From the NCBI GenBank assembly GCA_946497925.1, contig CAMMMG010000004.1, positions 1-46,976 of the forward strand: 46,976 nucleotides of DNA, written 5' to 3'. Source of the stretch: an uncultured Mycoplasmatota bacterium (GTDB lineage Bacteria > Bacillota_I > Bacilli_A > RF39 > UBA660). Shown piece by piece: positions 1 to 10,588 of this stretch; within the stretch, counting starts at the first letter, position 1; the number at the start of each line of letters is the position of its first letter. The position numbers and the translations under genes were made by a program. A model generated the notes under the pieces. The model made no database searches. It was given only the letters and a program-made list of their open reading frames with translations, and had not been told where the DNA came from.

Positions 1-53
1 AAATATCATAAAAAAGGAATTTCGTCAGAAATTCTTATGAAAAATATTTATTT

Positions 54-413
54 TTAATTTTTCTTGTTAATACCAATAACTGCTCCAACACTAGAAGTTA
101 ATAAAATAATAAGACTATAAATAAGTGTTCTAATATCAAAAGGACTATTAGTAATTAGTTTGATTATAATCATAACAAATAAAAATATTGCTCCTAACTT
201 TAAACCTTCAACTATTCCATATTTGTTAGAGTTTTTACCAAGTAATAAAGAATTAATAAATAAAGAACCTATAACAATAATCATCTTCATAATATTATAA
301 ATGTTGTTACTTATAATATCAAAATAATAAAATATAGTTAAAACAAAGCTTAACGCTATAATACTGATAAAAGTAGTTAATAAAAATTTACCTATTTTTT
401 TCAAATAATTCAT
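54..413 (-). CDS. 4-TM membrane protein, TIGR04086/YrzE-like
   Basis: Four hydrophobic helices and a GxxxGLKLG motif. AGGTG at 420-424 looks like the RBS, so ATG at 413 is the likelier start than GTG at 422. Confidence 0.6.
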   Translation of the reverse strand: MNYLKKIGKFLLTTFISIIALSFVLTIFYYFDIISNNIYNIMKMIIVIGSLFINSLLLGKNSNKYGIVEGLKLGAIFLFVMIIIKLITNSPFDIRTLIYSLIILLTSSVGAVIGINKKN

Positions 414-429
414 ATTATTCACCTAATAA

Positions 430-457
430 AATGTATGAGAAAAAAACATATTTATGA
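430..457 (-). promoter_or_regulatory. putative sigma-E-type promoter
   Basis: Minus strand reads TCATA-N15-CATACATT upstream of the membrane protein gene, matching the Bacillus sigma-E consensus; sigE is in the window. Confidence 0.45.
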
Positions 458-543
458 TAGTTTACAGAACTTTTACTAACTACTATATGTTTTGATAGTT
501 TTTTTTAAAAATATGATTTATAATATAAGATAAGAGAGGGTGT

Positions 544-2100
544 GTGAAGATGATAACAAACAAAAAAGGATTTACTTTAATTGAACTACTTGTAACAATA
601 GTAATACTTGGCTTATTAGTAACATTAGGATATGTAAGTGTAAGAGCAATACTTGATAGAGGTAAGGAAAGTTATTATAGGACACAAGAAGATATGCTTA
701 TTTTGGCAGGAAGGGATTATTTTGCAGATTATAGAAGTAAACTTCCTAAAGAAATAGGGGAAACTAGTTTTGTTACATTAAAAACTTTAATTGAAGAAAA
801 GTATATAGATCCGATAAAAGATGAAAATGAAAATGATTGTGATGTTAATGAAAGTAAGGTTACAGTTGAAAAGGTAACGGAGAAAGAGTACCAATATTAT
901 GCTTCATTAGTATGTGATGCGAGTACGATAATAAATAGTGATGAAACTCCTCCACTAATAAAATTCACACCAAATAAAAAAAGTTCGCGAGATAAAATAT
1001 CTGTTACAATGAAAGTAACTGATAATGAAGCTGTATCTAAATATAGATATGTAATAACAAAGGATGGAGAAGAGTATCAAGATAGTGGATATAGTGAATA
1101 TAATAAGGAAGTAGTTATAAATTTGACAGAGCAAGGTATATATAGAATTGTAGGATATGCAATAGACAATAGTAATAATTCATCATCTAAAAAATCTGGA
1201 GAATATTTAATATCTGATGCAGTAGATTGCTCTTCAGTTTCGGTTTCAAGTGAATTTGTGGAAGATACTTGGTATAATAAGGATATTACATTAAATATAA
1301 AAGTCCCAGAAAATACATTTAGATATGAAACAAGTATAGAAAGTAGTAATGGTGAAAGAGAACTAATTAATACATATAATGGTTCTGCACCTTCTACAGT
1401 TACATTAAAAAAAGAAGGTATTTATAATGTTAAAGTAGAATTATTTGATAAATATGGGAATTCTTGTGTTTCAACATCAGAACCTTATAAAATAGATAGA
1501 ACACCACCGAGTTGTTCAACTGTAACTGGTGCTAGTACTACATGGACTAATCAGGATAGGTATATTTCTGTATTATGTAAAGATGAAATAGGAGAATGCG
1601 CAAGTAATAGTTATAATAAGACTTTTTCTAAAGAGGGAAAAACAGGTAGTATTGATATATATGATAAAGCTGGAAATACTACTTCTTGTACAGTTGATAA
1701 GTATATAGATAAAACATTACCAAAAGTTATTTCTAATAATCAATATACTAGTGGAGGGTTTTCTTACTTTGGATGGATAATTATGGATGATGTTTCCGGC
1801 ATTAACAAATATTCGTCGTTTTGGGAATATTGTTATACAGGGCATAATTATGATACTTGTGGAGCTACATGTAGTGTACCTAATCAATATTCTCATTATC
1901 CAAGTTCTATATTTGGTGATAAGTACAAGTATTATTATCAATATACTCAGTATCCTAGTGTTGACTCTGGGGTGCAAGCTTTTGCTTTAGCACATGTAAA
2001 TGCAAATTGTATAAGGGGACATAGTGTTAGAACTAATTTTAGATTATGTGATTATGCGGGTAATTGCCTATATAATCAAAATATGCTATTTAATTTTTGA
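544..2100 (+). CDS. large type IV prepilin-like protein with Ig-like/Cys-rich repeats
   Basis: N-terminal KKG|FTLIELLVTIVI class III signal; D-x-T-P-P repeats, DxAGN turns and a Cys-rich C-terminus; ends in TGA. Confidence 0.8.
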   Translation: MKMITNKKGFTLIELLVTIVILGLLVTLGYVSVRAILDRGKESYYRTQEDMLILAGRDYFADYRSKLPKEIGETSFVTLKTLIEEKYIDPIKDENENDCDVNESKVTVEKVTEKEYQYYASLVCDASTIINSDETPPLIKFTPNKKSSRDKISVTMKVTDNEAVSKYRYVITKDGEEYQDSGYSEYNKEVVINLTEQGIYRIVGYAIDNSNNSSSKKSGEYLISDAVDCSSVSVSSEFVEDTWYNKDITLNIKVPENTFRYETSIESSNGERELINTYNGSAPSTVTLKKEGIYNVKVELFDKYGNSCVSTSEPYKIDRTPPSCSTVTGASTTWTNQDRYISVLCKDEIGECASNSYNKTFSKEGKTGSIDIYDKAGNTTSCTVDKYIDKTLPKVISNNQYTSGGFSYFGWIIMDDVSGINKYSSFWEYCYTGHNYDTCGATCSVPNQYSHYPSSIFGDKYKYYYQYTQYPSVDSGVQAFALAHVNANCIRGHSVRTNFRLCDYAGNCLYNQNMLFNF

Positions 2101-2108
2101 AAGAGTAG

Positions 2109-2546
2109 GTGGAAAATATGAGAGAAAAAAAATTTATAATTATAATTATTATATCTATTATTATGATAATATTGGGTGTTATAATTTATTTTATATTTAA
2201 TAATAATACTACTAATAATGATAATAACAATAGGTATAATGGAGTAGTTGAAAAAGAAGTTTGTTTGGATAACCTATGTGCTGAAAAGGTAGAGATAAAC
2301 TTTAATAATAATTCTGGAATGATTAATTTCCAAATAAAAAATAAAGGCGATATATCTATTCAAGATGGTTATTTTAAAATAGTTTTTAATAATAACAAAA
2401 GTTATATAACTAGGCATGGTACAATAGAACCTAATAATACAGAAGATGTTGAAATTGAACTCTATAATGAAAAAGTTTTTTCTATTAATAATTATGAATT
2501 ACAATATTTATCAGATGAGGAGTTAATAATGATTAATAGTAATTAA
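2109..2546 (+). CDS. membrane-anchored hypothetical protein
   Basis: N-terminal TM helix followed by a beta-rich domain; lies 8 nt after the pilin-like gene. Confidence 0.65.
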   Translation: MENMREKKFIIIIIISIIMIILGVIIYFIFNNNTTNNDNNNRYNGVVEKEVCLDNLCAEKVEINFNNNSGMINFQIKNKGDISIQDGYFKIVFNNNKSYITRHGTIEPNNTEDVEIELYNEKVFSINNYELQYLSDEELIMINSN

Positions 2547-2855
2547 ATTTGATAACAATCGTTATTAGTTAATATTATAGGAAAAGAATGAATGATATTT
2601 GATATGTAGCATATTTGAAATAAAGGTATATTACAAGATCTTCTATGGATTTCTAGAATAATATTTTAACTATATAGATATAGGCAAAAAATGTAATAAT
2701 TTATTATAGTATTTAACAAATTATTAGTATATAATATTTTTAATCTGTATGTTTATTGAAATTAGAAGAATGTATAGAAATTTTAATTTTTTTTAGTGAA
2801 GATAACTAAATACAAAAGTTACCCTGTGTAATTTTATACGGGCTTAAGGAAAGGA

Positions 2856-3935
2856 ATGAAGATTGAGATGAAAGAAGAATTTATAGCAAATAAGAGAATT
2901 ATTTTAACTGGAGATAGACCTACTGGTAATTTGCATTTAGGACACTATGTAGGATCCCTAAAAAACAGAGTAGAATTACAAAACCAGGGAGATTATGATG
3001 AGATGTATGTATTTATCGCTGATGTCCAGGCTTTAACAGATAATTTTAATAATCCTAGAAAAGTTAGAGATAATATTAAAGAAGTTGCTATAGATTACCT
3101 ATCAGTTGGTCTTGATCCTGCTAAAGTAACAATTTTTGTTCAAAGTATGATACCAGAGCTAGCTGAACTTACAGTGTATTATATGAATTTAGTGACACTA
3201 GCAAGACTTGAGAGAAATCCAACGGTTAAAAGTGAAATAAAGCAAAAGGATTTTGGAAATAGTATTCCTGTTGGCTTTTTAAATTATCCTATTAGCCAAG
3301 CAGCAGATATAACAGCTTTCCAATCTACGATAATTCCAGTAGGGGATGATCAATTACCTATGATAGAGCAAACTAGGGAGATAGTTAGAAGTTTTAATAA
3401 TATATATGGAGATACCCTTGTTGAGCCAAATGCTTTGATATCCGATAATAAAGTATGTAGAAGATTACCTGGTACTGATGGTAAAGCTAAGATGAGTAAG
3501 TCATTAGGTAATTGTATTTATTTAAAGGATGATAGTGAAACTGTTAAAAAGAAAGTTATGAGTATGTATACAGATCCTAATCATATAAGAGTAGAAGATC
3601 CTGGAGATACCAAGAATAATGCAGTATTTATATATTTAGAAGCATTAGCAACTGATGAACATTTTGAAAAGTATTTGCCTCTTTATAAAAACTTAGATGA
3701 GTTAAAAGCTCACTATGAAAAAGGTGGCTTAGGAGATGTTAAAGTAAAAGGGTTTTTATATGATGTTATAGAAGACATATTAACTCCAATAAGGGAAAAA
3801 AGAAAATATTATGAAGAAAACATCGATTTAGTTTATGACATCTTAAAAGATGGAACAAAAAAAGCTGAAAAGAAGGCTAGTGAAACTTTAAAGGAAGTAA
3901 AAAAAGCTATGTTAATAGATTATTTTGAAGAATAA
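2856..3935 (+). CDS. trpS: tryptophanyl-tRNA synthetase
   Basis: TGDRPTG, HLGH (HIGH motif), YPISQAADI, VGDDQ and KMSKS motifs. Confidence 0.97.
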   Translation: MKIEMKEEFIANKRIILTGDRPTGNLHLGHYVGSLKNRVELQNQGDYDEMYVFIADVQALTDNFNNPRKVRDNIKEVAIDYLSVGLDPAKVTIFVQSMIPELAELTVYYMNLVTLARLERNPTVKSEIKQKDFGNSIPVGFLNYPISQAADITAFQSTIIPVGDDQLPMIEQTREIVRSFNNIYGDTLVEPNALISDNKVCRRLPGTDGKAKMSKSLGNCIYLKDDSETVKKKVMSMYTDPNHIRVEDPGDTKNNAVFIYLEALATDEHFEKYLPLYKNLDELKAHYEKGGLGDVKVKGFLYDVIEDILTPIREKRKYYEENIDLVYDILKDGTKKAEKKASETLKEVKKAMLIDYFEE

Positions 3936-4007
3936 GATACTTATAAATATCTTTAATAATAAAGTGTTTTATGCTATTGTTCTTTATATAATAGGGAGGT
4001 TGAACTT

Positions 4008-5837
4008 ATGAAGTATATATTTAGAGATTATATAAAAAAAGATATATCAAAACTATATATTTTGGGAGTGGCTTTAATATGCTTGTTACTTATAGGAGGA
4101 TATTTTTCCTATGCTATATTTACAGTCAGTAAAGAGAAAGATAATGCTATAAGTATAATAACAGGAAATCTCACATATGAGTTATTAGTAGATGGAACAA
4201 AAAGTAATACATTAAGTATACCTGCAAATACTACAAAAGAGTTTACTATAACTTTAAATAATCTAAATAATAGAACAGCATGATTTAATTTTTATTATGT
4301 AGGAAGTCTTGCAAGTAATGTAACAGCAGGTTATATTACTGGTGATGGAATTAATACTCCTCCAGAAGCGACAGGCATTAATTTAGAAAAAGCAACCACA
4401 AGTGGTTCTAGTAATACTTATAAGATTAAAGTTAGTAATAATACAAGTAGTAGAAAAACAATAACTCTAGGAGTTGGGGTGGGACTAGACTATAATGATT
4501 TAACACTACCAAGCGATGGACATTTATTTGAAGAATCAAAACTAGAAGGACCAATATCAGATATAGTGTTAGATAATCCAGGTCCTAACGGAAGTACCTA
4601 TTATGATGGAGAAGATACCTTTATAACAGGAGAAGATCCAAATAATTATATCTGGTATAGTGGAAAGTTATGGAGAGCAGTTAGTGTTAATAATGATGCA
4701 AAGACAACTAAACTAATAACACAATGGTCTATTAGTTCAACCGCTTATGATGATAGTAGTAGCGCCTTTGAAGGAAGTCATATGCAACAATGGTTAAATG
4801 ATACTACAGAAGATGGATTTCTTGGTAATTTAAGAGATTATCAGAATTTTATTGTAACTGATTATGAATGGAATGCAACTCAAACTACCTCAACAAGCAA
4901 ACCACCTAAAACAACTATGGTAGAATCTGCAGTAGGTCTATTAAATAATTATGAATATGAAACAGCTAAAAATAGTAGTTTCAGCAGTTATTTAGATATT
5001 AGTCATTGGTGGTGGTTTTTAACTCCATATAATGCGACCGAAGTTTATTATGTAACAGAATTTGGTGTGGTTTTTAATATCAATGTAAAAGATTCTTGGA
5101 ATGCTATTCGACCAGCAATAAATCTAAAATCTAGTGTAGAAATAGTAAGTGGAGATGGAACTGTAAGTAATCCTTATCGTATAGCAGGCGATAATGATAC
5201 TAATCTATCTGGAACAAAATTAAATACAAGATATAGTGGGGAATATATAACTTTTGGAACAGGGGAAAATACCTTATATAGAATAGTTAGTCATGAGGTA
5301 AGTGGATTAACAAAGATAACTAGTGCAGAACTATTAAAAAACTCTGGAAGTTTTGTAACATCAGCTTTTGGTAGTAATGAAAATTATTCATCCACTAACA
5401 CCATTGGTTCATTCTTGAATGGTGAGTATCTAACAGATTATGTAGGAAGTAATTATAGTGATATGATTGAGGATAATACAACCTGGTATTTAGGTAGAGT
5501 GCCTAAAGGAGCAAATTATAAATTAGCAAAATATACCAATGAGACTGATAACATTTTAACATCATCAACTGCAACAGCAAAAGTTGGCTTATTAAGATAT
5601 GGAGAATTAATGGCAGGGCAATTTGATATTAATGAGAATAATATAAGCTATTGGACTTTGACACCATATACTTCTGGTTTTGTTCTTAATATTGAACATA
5701 TTGCAGTTGCCCTTAATGCTTCCGTTTCTAAAACTGCAACAGGAATTAAACCTTCTATGAATCTTAAATCAAATGTTGTTATAACTGGAGGAACAGGTAC
5801 TAAAGAAAATCCATTTACTGTTGAATTAGGCAGCTAA
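4008..5837 (+). CDS. membrane-anchored surface protein with two DUF6273-like domains; one in-frame TGA at 4281-4283 (read-through or pseudogene)
   Basis: ORFs 4008-4283 and 4479-5837 share a frame and the interval between them is stop-free apart from the TGA. There is an RBS (GGGAGG), an N-terminal TM, and two W-x-LTP...(R/K)P-x-x-NLKS...G-x-GT-x-x-NP domains. Confidence 0.7.
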
Positions 5838-5851
5838 AAAATGTCAATTTC

Positions 5852-5881
5852 TTGACATTTTTTCTTTTCTTCTTCTATAAT
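5852..5881 (+). promoter_or_regulatory. sigma-A promoter of nfo, overlapping an inverted repeat or terminator
   Basis: TTGACA-N18-TATAAT; the -35 lies in the right arm of AAAAAATGTCAA/TTGACATTTTTT. Confidence 0.7.
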
Positions 5882-5897
5882 TATTATAGAAAGAAGG

Positions 5898-6755
5898 ATG
5901 CGTATGTTAATAATTGGTTCTCATGTAGGATATAAAAAAGATAGTGGCCTAGTAGGTAGTGTTAAGGAAGCCTTAAGTTATAATGCTAATACATTTATGT
6001 TTTATACTGGTGCCCCTCAAAATACTGTTAGAAGTAGTATAGATTTAGACAATGTTAAAGAAGCCTATAAACTTATGGAAGAAAACAATATAAATAAAGA
6101 TAACGTAATAGTTCATGCTCCATATATCATTAATTTAGCAAATAGTGATGAAAGTAAATTTAACTTCTCCTGTAACTTTTTAAGTGAAGAATTAAAACGT
6201 GTTAATACATTTGGAATGAAATATCTTGTCTTACATCCAGGTTCTCATGTGGGATTAGGGGTAGATGAGGGTATTTCTAATATTGTTAAAGCACTTAATC
6301 TTGTTTTATCAAAAGATGATAGTAATGTTATGATTCTATTAGAAACTATGGCAGGTAAGGGTAGTGAAGTAGGTAGAACTTTTGAGGAGTTAAAAAGAAT
6401 TATAGATGGAGTTTCTAAAAAAGAAAGAATTGGTATTTGTCTAGATACCTGTCATTTAAATGATGCTGGATATGATTTAAATAACTTTGATGATGTACTT
6501 GATGAATTTGATAAACTTATTGGAATAGATAAAATTAAATGTATACATATAAATGATAGTAAAAATACTTTATCATCTCATAAAGATAGGCATGAAAATA
6601 TAGGTAAAGGTACAATAGGTCTAGATACTTTAATAAAAGTTATAAATAATCCTATATTAAAAGATGTTCCTAAAATACTAGAAACACCATATATAGATGG
6701 AGTTGCTCCATATAAAGAAGAAATAGCTTTGATTAAAAAGAACACTCATATTTAA
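5898..6755 (+). CDS. nfo: endonuclease IV
   Basis: IGSHV, VHAPYIINL, LHPGSH, LETMAGKG, DTCH, HINDS, DRHEN and ILETP motifs. Confidence 0.97.
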   Translation: MRMLIIGSHVGYKKDSGLVGSVKEALSYNANTFMFYTGAPQNTVRSSIDLDNVKEAYKLMEENNINKDNVIVHAPYIINLANSDESKFNFSCNFLSEELKRVNTFGMKYLVLHPGSHVGLGVDEGISNIVKALNLVLSKDDSNVMILLETMAGKGSEVGRTFEELKRIIDGVSKKERIGICLDTCHLNDAGYDLNNFDDVLDEFDKLIGIDKIKCIHINDSKNTLSSHKDRHENIGKGTIGLDTLIKVINNPILKDVPKILETPYIDGVAPYKEEIALIKKNTHI

Positions 6756-6829
6756 TGATTTGTTCTTAAATAAATATTATTTATACTAAAAGGAATAAGC
6801 TTTTACTTATTCCTTTTTGGGTTATATAA

Positions 6830-8098
6830 TTAATTTCCATAGTATATATGAAGATAAAGCGTATCACTAAGGTTTCCAACATTATCACGATATCTAAGAT
6901 AATATTCAGCAGAAGAACAATGAGATATTCCATAATTTCCCCAAGCATTTGTATTCCATTGACCCCAAGGGAATGTTCCAGGACTACTAGGATTTCTACA
7001 AGAAGGACCATAAGCTTGAAAGTATGAAAGTTCAGCATTAATACCACTGCCGTTTTTATCATCATGATTAAAATGCTGAGAGAAACCTATAGGAGGATCA
7101 TAAGCATAAAGTGTACAATGTATAGGTCCATAAACACCAGCTTTCATTTCTTCAAAAGTATGATCACAAACCATAGGAGCTCTTTCATTTGTTACTTTAA
7201 GAATATAAGGAGTTGCAACACTCCTGTCAATCCGTACAGTTTGATCAGACGGACAAGTTGTTGTATTACCAACATTATCTGTTATAACTCCTGGTGATTG
7301 TTTTAAATATTCACCTTCAGAATCATAAAGTTTACTAACAGAAGGAGTTTGACAGCCACTTTGAGAGTCTGTACAAGTTCCTAATATTGTAACAGAATTT
7401 CTAGTCCAATTATCACTGCCACCACTATTAGAGCATACAGGAGGCGTTTTATCTATATAAACATCTACAGGACAGCTAGTAGTATTATTATTACCATCCT
7501 TAATATCTATATAACCAATTTTTGTAGTAGAATCAAATGTTTTTGTTACACTTTCACAACCGCTTCTATCATCACTACAATTAATGGTAATTGTCCTATC
7601 ATCTTTGGTCCATTCTGTACTGTCCCCTGTTACTTCCCCACAAGTTGGAGGGGTCTTATCATCTGTATCGATAACAGAACAAGCTTTATTATCTATTTCT
7701 TTATGAACGTACACAACTTCATTAGTAGTAGTATCAGTACAAGTCATATCATAATTATAACTACTAGATTTTTTGCTTTTAGTATATCTAACAGTAGCAT
7801 TGCTACAATCAATATTTTCATCACTAAAAGGTTTAATTAAATCAGAATCTAAAAGATCTTGATAAGTAATATCTACACAACCAATAAAATTTTTGGCTCC
7901 AATCGAATTAATATCTTCTCCTTCCTTATCAACAAATATTTTAGCAGCTTCTATTAAACTATCAGCATAATACTCATAAGGTTTATCTTTATTATTATTT
8001 TGTAGAGCTGTTATAGATGGTACAACCATAATAAGAATTAAAGCCATAATTACAATCGTTACAAGTAATTCAATTAAAGTAAACCCTTTTTTATTCAT
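6830..8098 (-). CDS. large type IV prepilin-like protein with Cys-rich repeats
   Basis: MNKKG|FTLIELLVTIVI; two DKTPPxC...WT...C-x-D...GC repeats homologous to the one in 544-2100. Confidence 0.8.
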   Translation of the reverse strand: MNKKGFTLIELLVTIVIMALILIMVVPSITALQNNNKDKPYEYYADSLIEAAKIFVDKEGEDINSIGAKNFIGCVDITYQDLLDSDLIKPFSDENIDCSNATVRYTKSKKSSSYNYDMTCTDTTTNEVVYVHKEIDNKACSVIDTDDKTPPTCGEVTGDSTEWTKDDRTITINCSDDRSGCESVTKTFDSTTKIGYIDIKDGNNNTTSCPVDVYIDKTPPVCSNSGGSDNWTRNSVTILGTCTDSQSGCQTPSVSKLYDSEGEYLKQSPGVITDNVGNTTTCPSDQTVRIDRSVATPYILKVTNERAPMVCDHTFEEMKAGVYGPIHCTLYAYDPPIGFSQHFNHDDKNGSGINAELSYFQAYGPSCRNPSSPGTFPWGQWNTNAWGNYGISHCSSAEYYLRYRDNVGNLSDTLYLHIYYGN

Positions 8099-8141
8099 AT
8101 CCTATCACTCCTATGATAGGATTATATCATATTTTCATTCA

Positions 8142-8390
8142 TTAAAGATAGGTATTCTTTAAATTTAATATAGTTTTTGACACTTCATTATATATATCAT
8201 CTCTAATGTTTCCTTTTAAATTGAATAGAATACTACTGTCTTTTAATAAAATATTATAGTTTTCCTTTAAAAAATTACAGATAACAATCGCTTCATCTTC
8301 TGTTGGATAAATATTTTTGCTTTCTAAGTATCCCATTACTAAATGAGGATTTAATATTTTAATATTATTTTTAATTATTCTTTCTATCAT
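8142..8390 (-). CDS. small protein, DUF2624/YqfT-like
   Basis: 82-aa helical ORF with an AAGGAG RBS and a sigma-E-like CATA-N15-CATATAAA upstream; its position near nfo matches Bacillus yqfT. Confidence 0.55.
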   Translation of the reverse strand: MIERIIKNNIKILNPHLVMGYLESKNIYPTEDEAIVICNFLKENYNILLKDSSILFNLKGNIRDDIYNEVSKTILNLKNTYL

Positions 8391-8469
8391 TTTTTTCTCC
8401 TTTATTTAATTTATATGTAGTAAAACTAAAATTATGTGATAAACTAGTAAGGAAAGAAGGTGTTGTAGT

Positions 8470-10551
8470 TTGAGAATAAAACAGAAAGTTAATAAGAAAA
8501 ATATTAATAGAAGAGAAAGGAAATATACTGTTAATAATTCAACATATAAGAAAAGATTTATTTTTCTAGGTGGTATTTTAGTAGTTTTATTTTTAGTAAT
8601 TACCCTTCGTCTTTATGAGGTTATGTTAAGAAAAGAAGCATATTATGAAGAAGAACTTACAACACTTGCTACTCAAACTGTTGAAGGACCTAGTTCTCCT
8701 AGAGGTAGAATACTTGATCGTAATGGAAAAGTAATAGTAGATAATAAAGCTGTTAAGACTATTTATTATAATAAAGATAAGAGTAGAGGAACTAAAGAAG
8801 AAATAGAACTTGCCTATATTGTTTCTAAACATCTTAGTCTAGATTATGATAAAGTAACTGATAGAAATAAAAGAGAATTCTTTGTCGCTAAAAATAGTGA
8901 TGATATGGATGAGAGAATAACAGATGAAGAATGGGAGAAGTATGAACAAAGAAAATTAGATAGTAATGATATATATGAACTTAAAATAGAAAGAGTGACT
9001 GATGAAGAGTTAAATACCTTTACTGAAGAAGATAATAAGGCTAGCTACTTATATTATTTGATGAATAAAGGATATTCTTATGATGATAAAGTTATTAAAA
9101 ATGAAGATGTAACAGATGAAGAATATGCTTATATAGCAGAGAATAATGAGGATTTGCCGGGATTTAATACAAAGCTAGATTGGGAGAGAGTCTATAACTA
9201 TGGAGATACTTTTAGGACTATTTTAGGTAATGTTGGTACTATTCCTAGTGAAGAGAAAGATGAATATCTTGCTAAAGGATATTCTTTAAATGATATAGTT
9301 GGTACTAGTTATTTAGAAGAACAATATGAAGAGTATTTGAAAGGCAAGAAAGCTATTTATAAGACAATTAATTCTCATGAGTTAGAACTTGTTTCCGAAG
9401 GAAAAAGAGGTAATGATATAGTACTTACTATTGATATAGAGTTACAACAACAATTAGAAGCGATATTAAATGAAGAAATACTTGCTACTAAAGGACAACC
9501 TAATACAGAGTATTATGATAGGAGTTATGCTGTTATTGGGGATCCAAATACAGGAGAGATACTTGCCATGGCAGGACGGGAAGTAATTAGTGATGGAAAT
9601 GGAGGATATAAAACTATAGACTGTACTACAGGTATTATGACTGATCCTATGACAAGTGGTTCTGTTGTTAAGGGGGCAAGTATGTTAGTAGGATATAATC
9701 AAGGAGCGATAAAACCAGGAGATTATCAAGTTGATGAATGTGTTAAAATAGCAGGTACTCCACAGAAATGTTCTTGGAGAACACTAGGTAGAATTAATGA
9801 TATAGATGCGCTAGCTTTATCTAGTAATGTTTATCAGTTTAAAACAGCGATGAAAGTAGCAGGGGCAACTTATCAATATAATAAGCCATTAGTAATTAAT
9901 GAAGAAGCATTTGATATTTATAGAAATACTTTTAAAGAGTTTGGACTTGGTGTTGAAACAGAAATAGACTTACCAGTAGAATCTTTAGGATATACTAGTA
10001 GTAATAAAGCTCCAGGACTATTACTTGACTTTGTAATGGGACAGTATGATACATATACTGCTATCCAGTTATCACAGTATATTTCAACTTTTGCAAACGG
10101 TGGTAGTAGATTACAACCTCATCTATTAAAAGAAGTTCATGCTTCTACTGATGATGAAAGTTTGGGAGATGTAATATATACTTTTGATGTTAACGTCTTA
10201 AATACAGTTAATACAACTCCTGAATATTTAAATAGAGTTAAAGAAGGTTTTTATGCTGTTATGAATAAAAGTTATGGACTAGGAGTAGGTTATATAGATG
10301 ATTCTCATGATCCATCAGGTAAAACAGGAACAAGTCAAAGTGCTAAAGATACAGATGGTGATAGAGTTAATGATACTGATACAGTTTCAACTGCCTTTGT
10401 AGGTTATGCTCCAACAAATAGTCCTAAAATGTCTATAACAGTAACAAGTCCTCATTCAACTTGGGAAAATCCTAGAAACAGTTATTCAACTCTAGTTACT
10501 AGAAGAATTAGTAAAAGAGCAAGTGATGCTTATTTTGCTCTATATCCTTAG
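8470..10551 (+). CDS. pbpA: class B penicillin-binding protein (PbpA/PBP2a-like)
   Basis: TM anchor, PRGRILDRNG, SVVK (SxxK), SSN and KTGT motifs. Confidence 0.85.
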   Translation: MRIKQKVNKKNINRRERKYTVNNSTYKKRFIFLGGILVVLFLVITLRLYEVMLRKEAYYEEELTTLATQTVEGPSSPRGRILDRNGKVIVDNKAVKTIYYNKDKSRGTKEEIELAYIVSKHLSLDYDKVTDRNKREFFVAKNSDDMDERITDEEWEKYEQRKLDSNDIYELKIERVTDEELNTFTEEDNKASYLYYLMNKGYSYDDKVIKNEDVTDEEYAYIAENNEDLPGFNTKLDWERVYNYGDTFRTILGNVGTIPSEEKDEYLAKGYSLNDIVGTSYLEEQYEEYLKGKKAIYKTINSHELELVSEGKRGNDIVLTIDIELQQQLEAILNEEILATKGQPNTEYYDRSYAVIGDPNTGEILAMAGREVISDGNGGYKTIDCTTGIMTDPMTSGSVVKGASMLVGYNQGAIKPGDYQVDECVKIAGTPQKCSWRTLGRINDIDALALSSNVYQFKTAMKVAGATYQYNKPLVINEEAFDIYRNTFKEFGLGVETEIDLPVESLGYTSSNKAPGLLLDFVMGQYDTYTAIQLSQYISTFANGGSRLQPHLLKEVHASTDDESLGDVIYTFDVNVLNTVNTTPEYLNRVKEGFYAVMNKSYGLGVGYIDDSHDPSGKTGTSQSAKDTDGDRVNDTDTVSTAFVGYAPTNSPKMSITVTSPHSTWENPRNSYSTLVTRRISKRASDAYFALYP

Positions 10552-10588
10552 AATAATTTATCTTCATCTATAATAAAATTTTATAGAG

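Noticed and set aside
2547-2855. T-box riboswitch upstream of trpS
   Set aside because: No recognisable T-box (GGTGGNACC) or terminator/antiterminator was found.
4008-5837. Diversity-generating retroelement in this window
   Set aside because: No reverse transcriptase and no template/variable repeat pair was found.
1495-7660. Shufflon-like inversion swapping the tips of the two convergent pilin genes
   Set aside because: The shared module is similar at protein level, but the longest exact DNA match I found is 14 nt (TATATAGATAAAAC), and there is no recombinase in the window.
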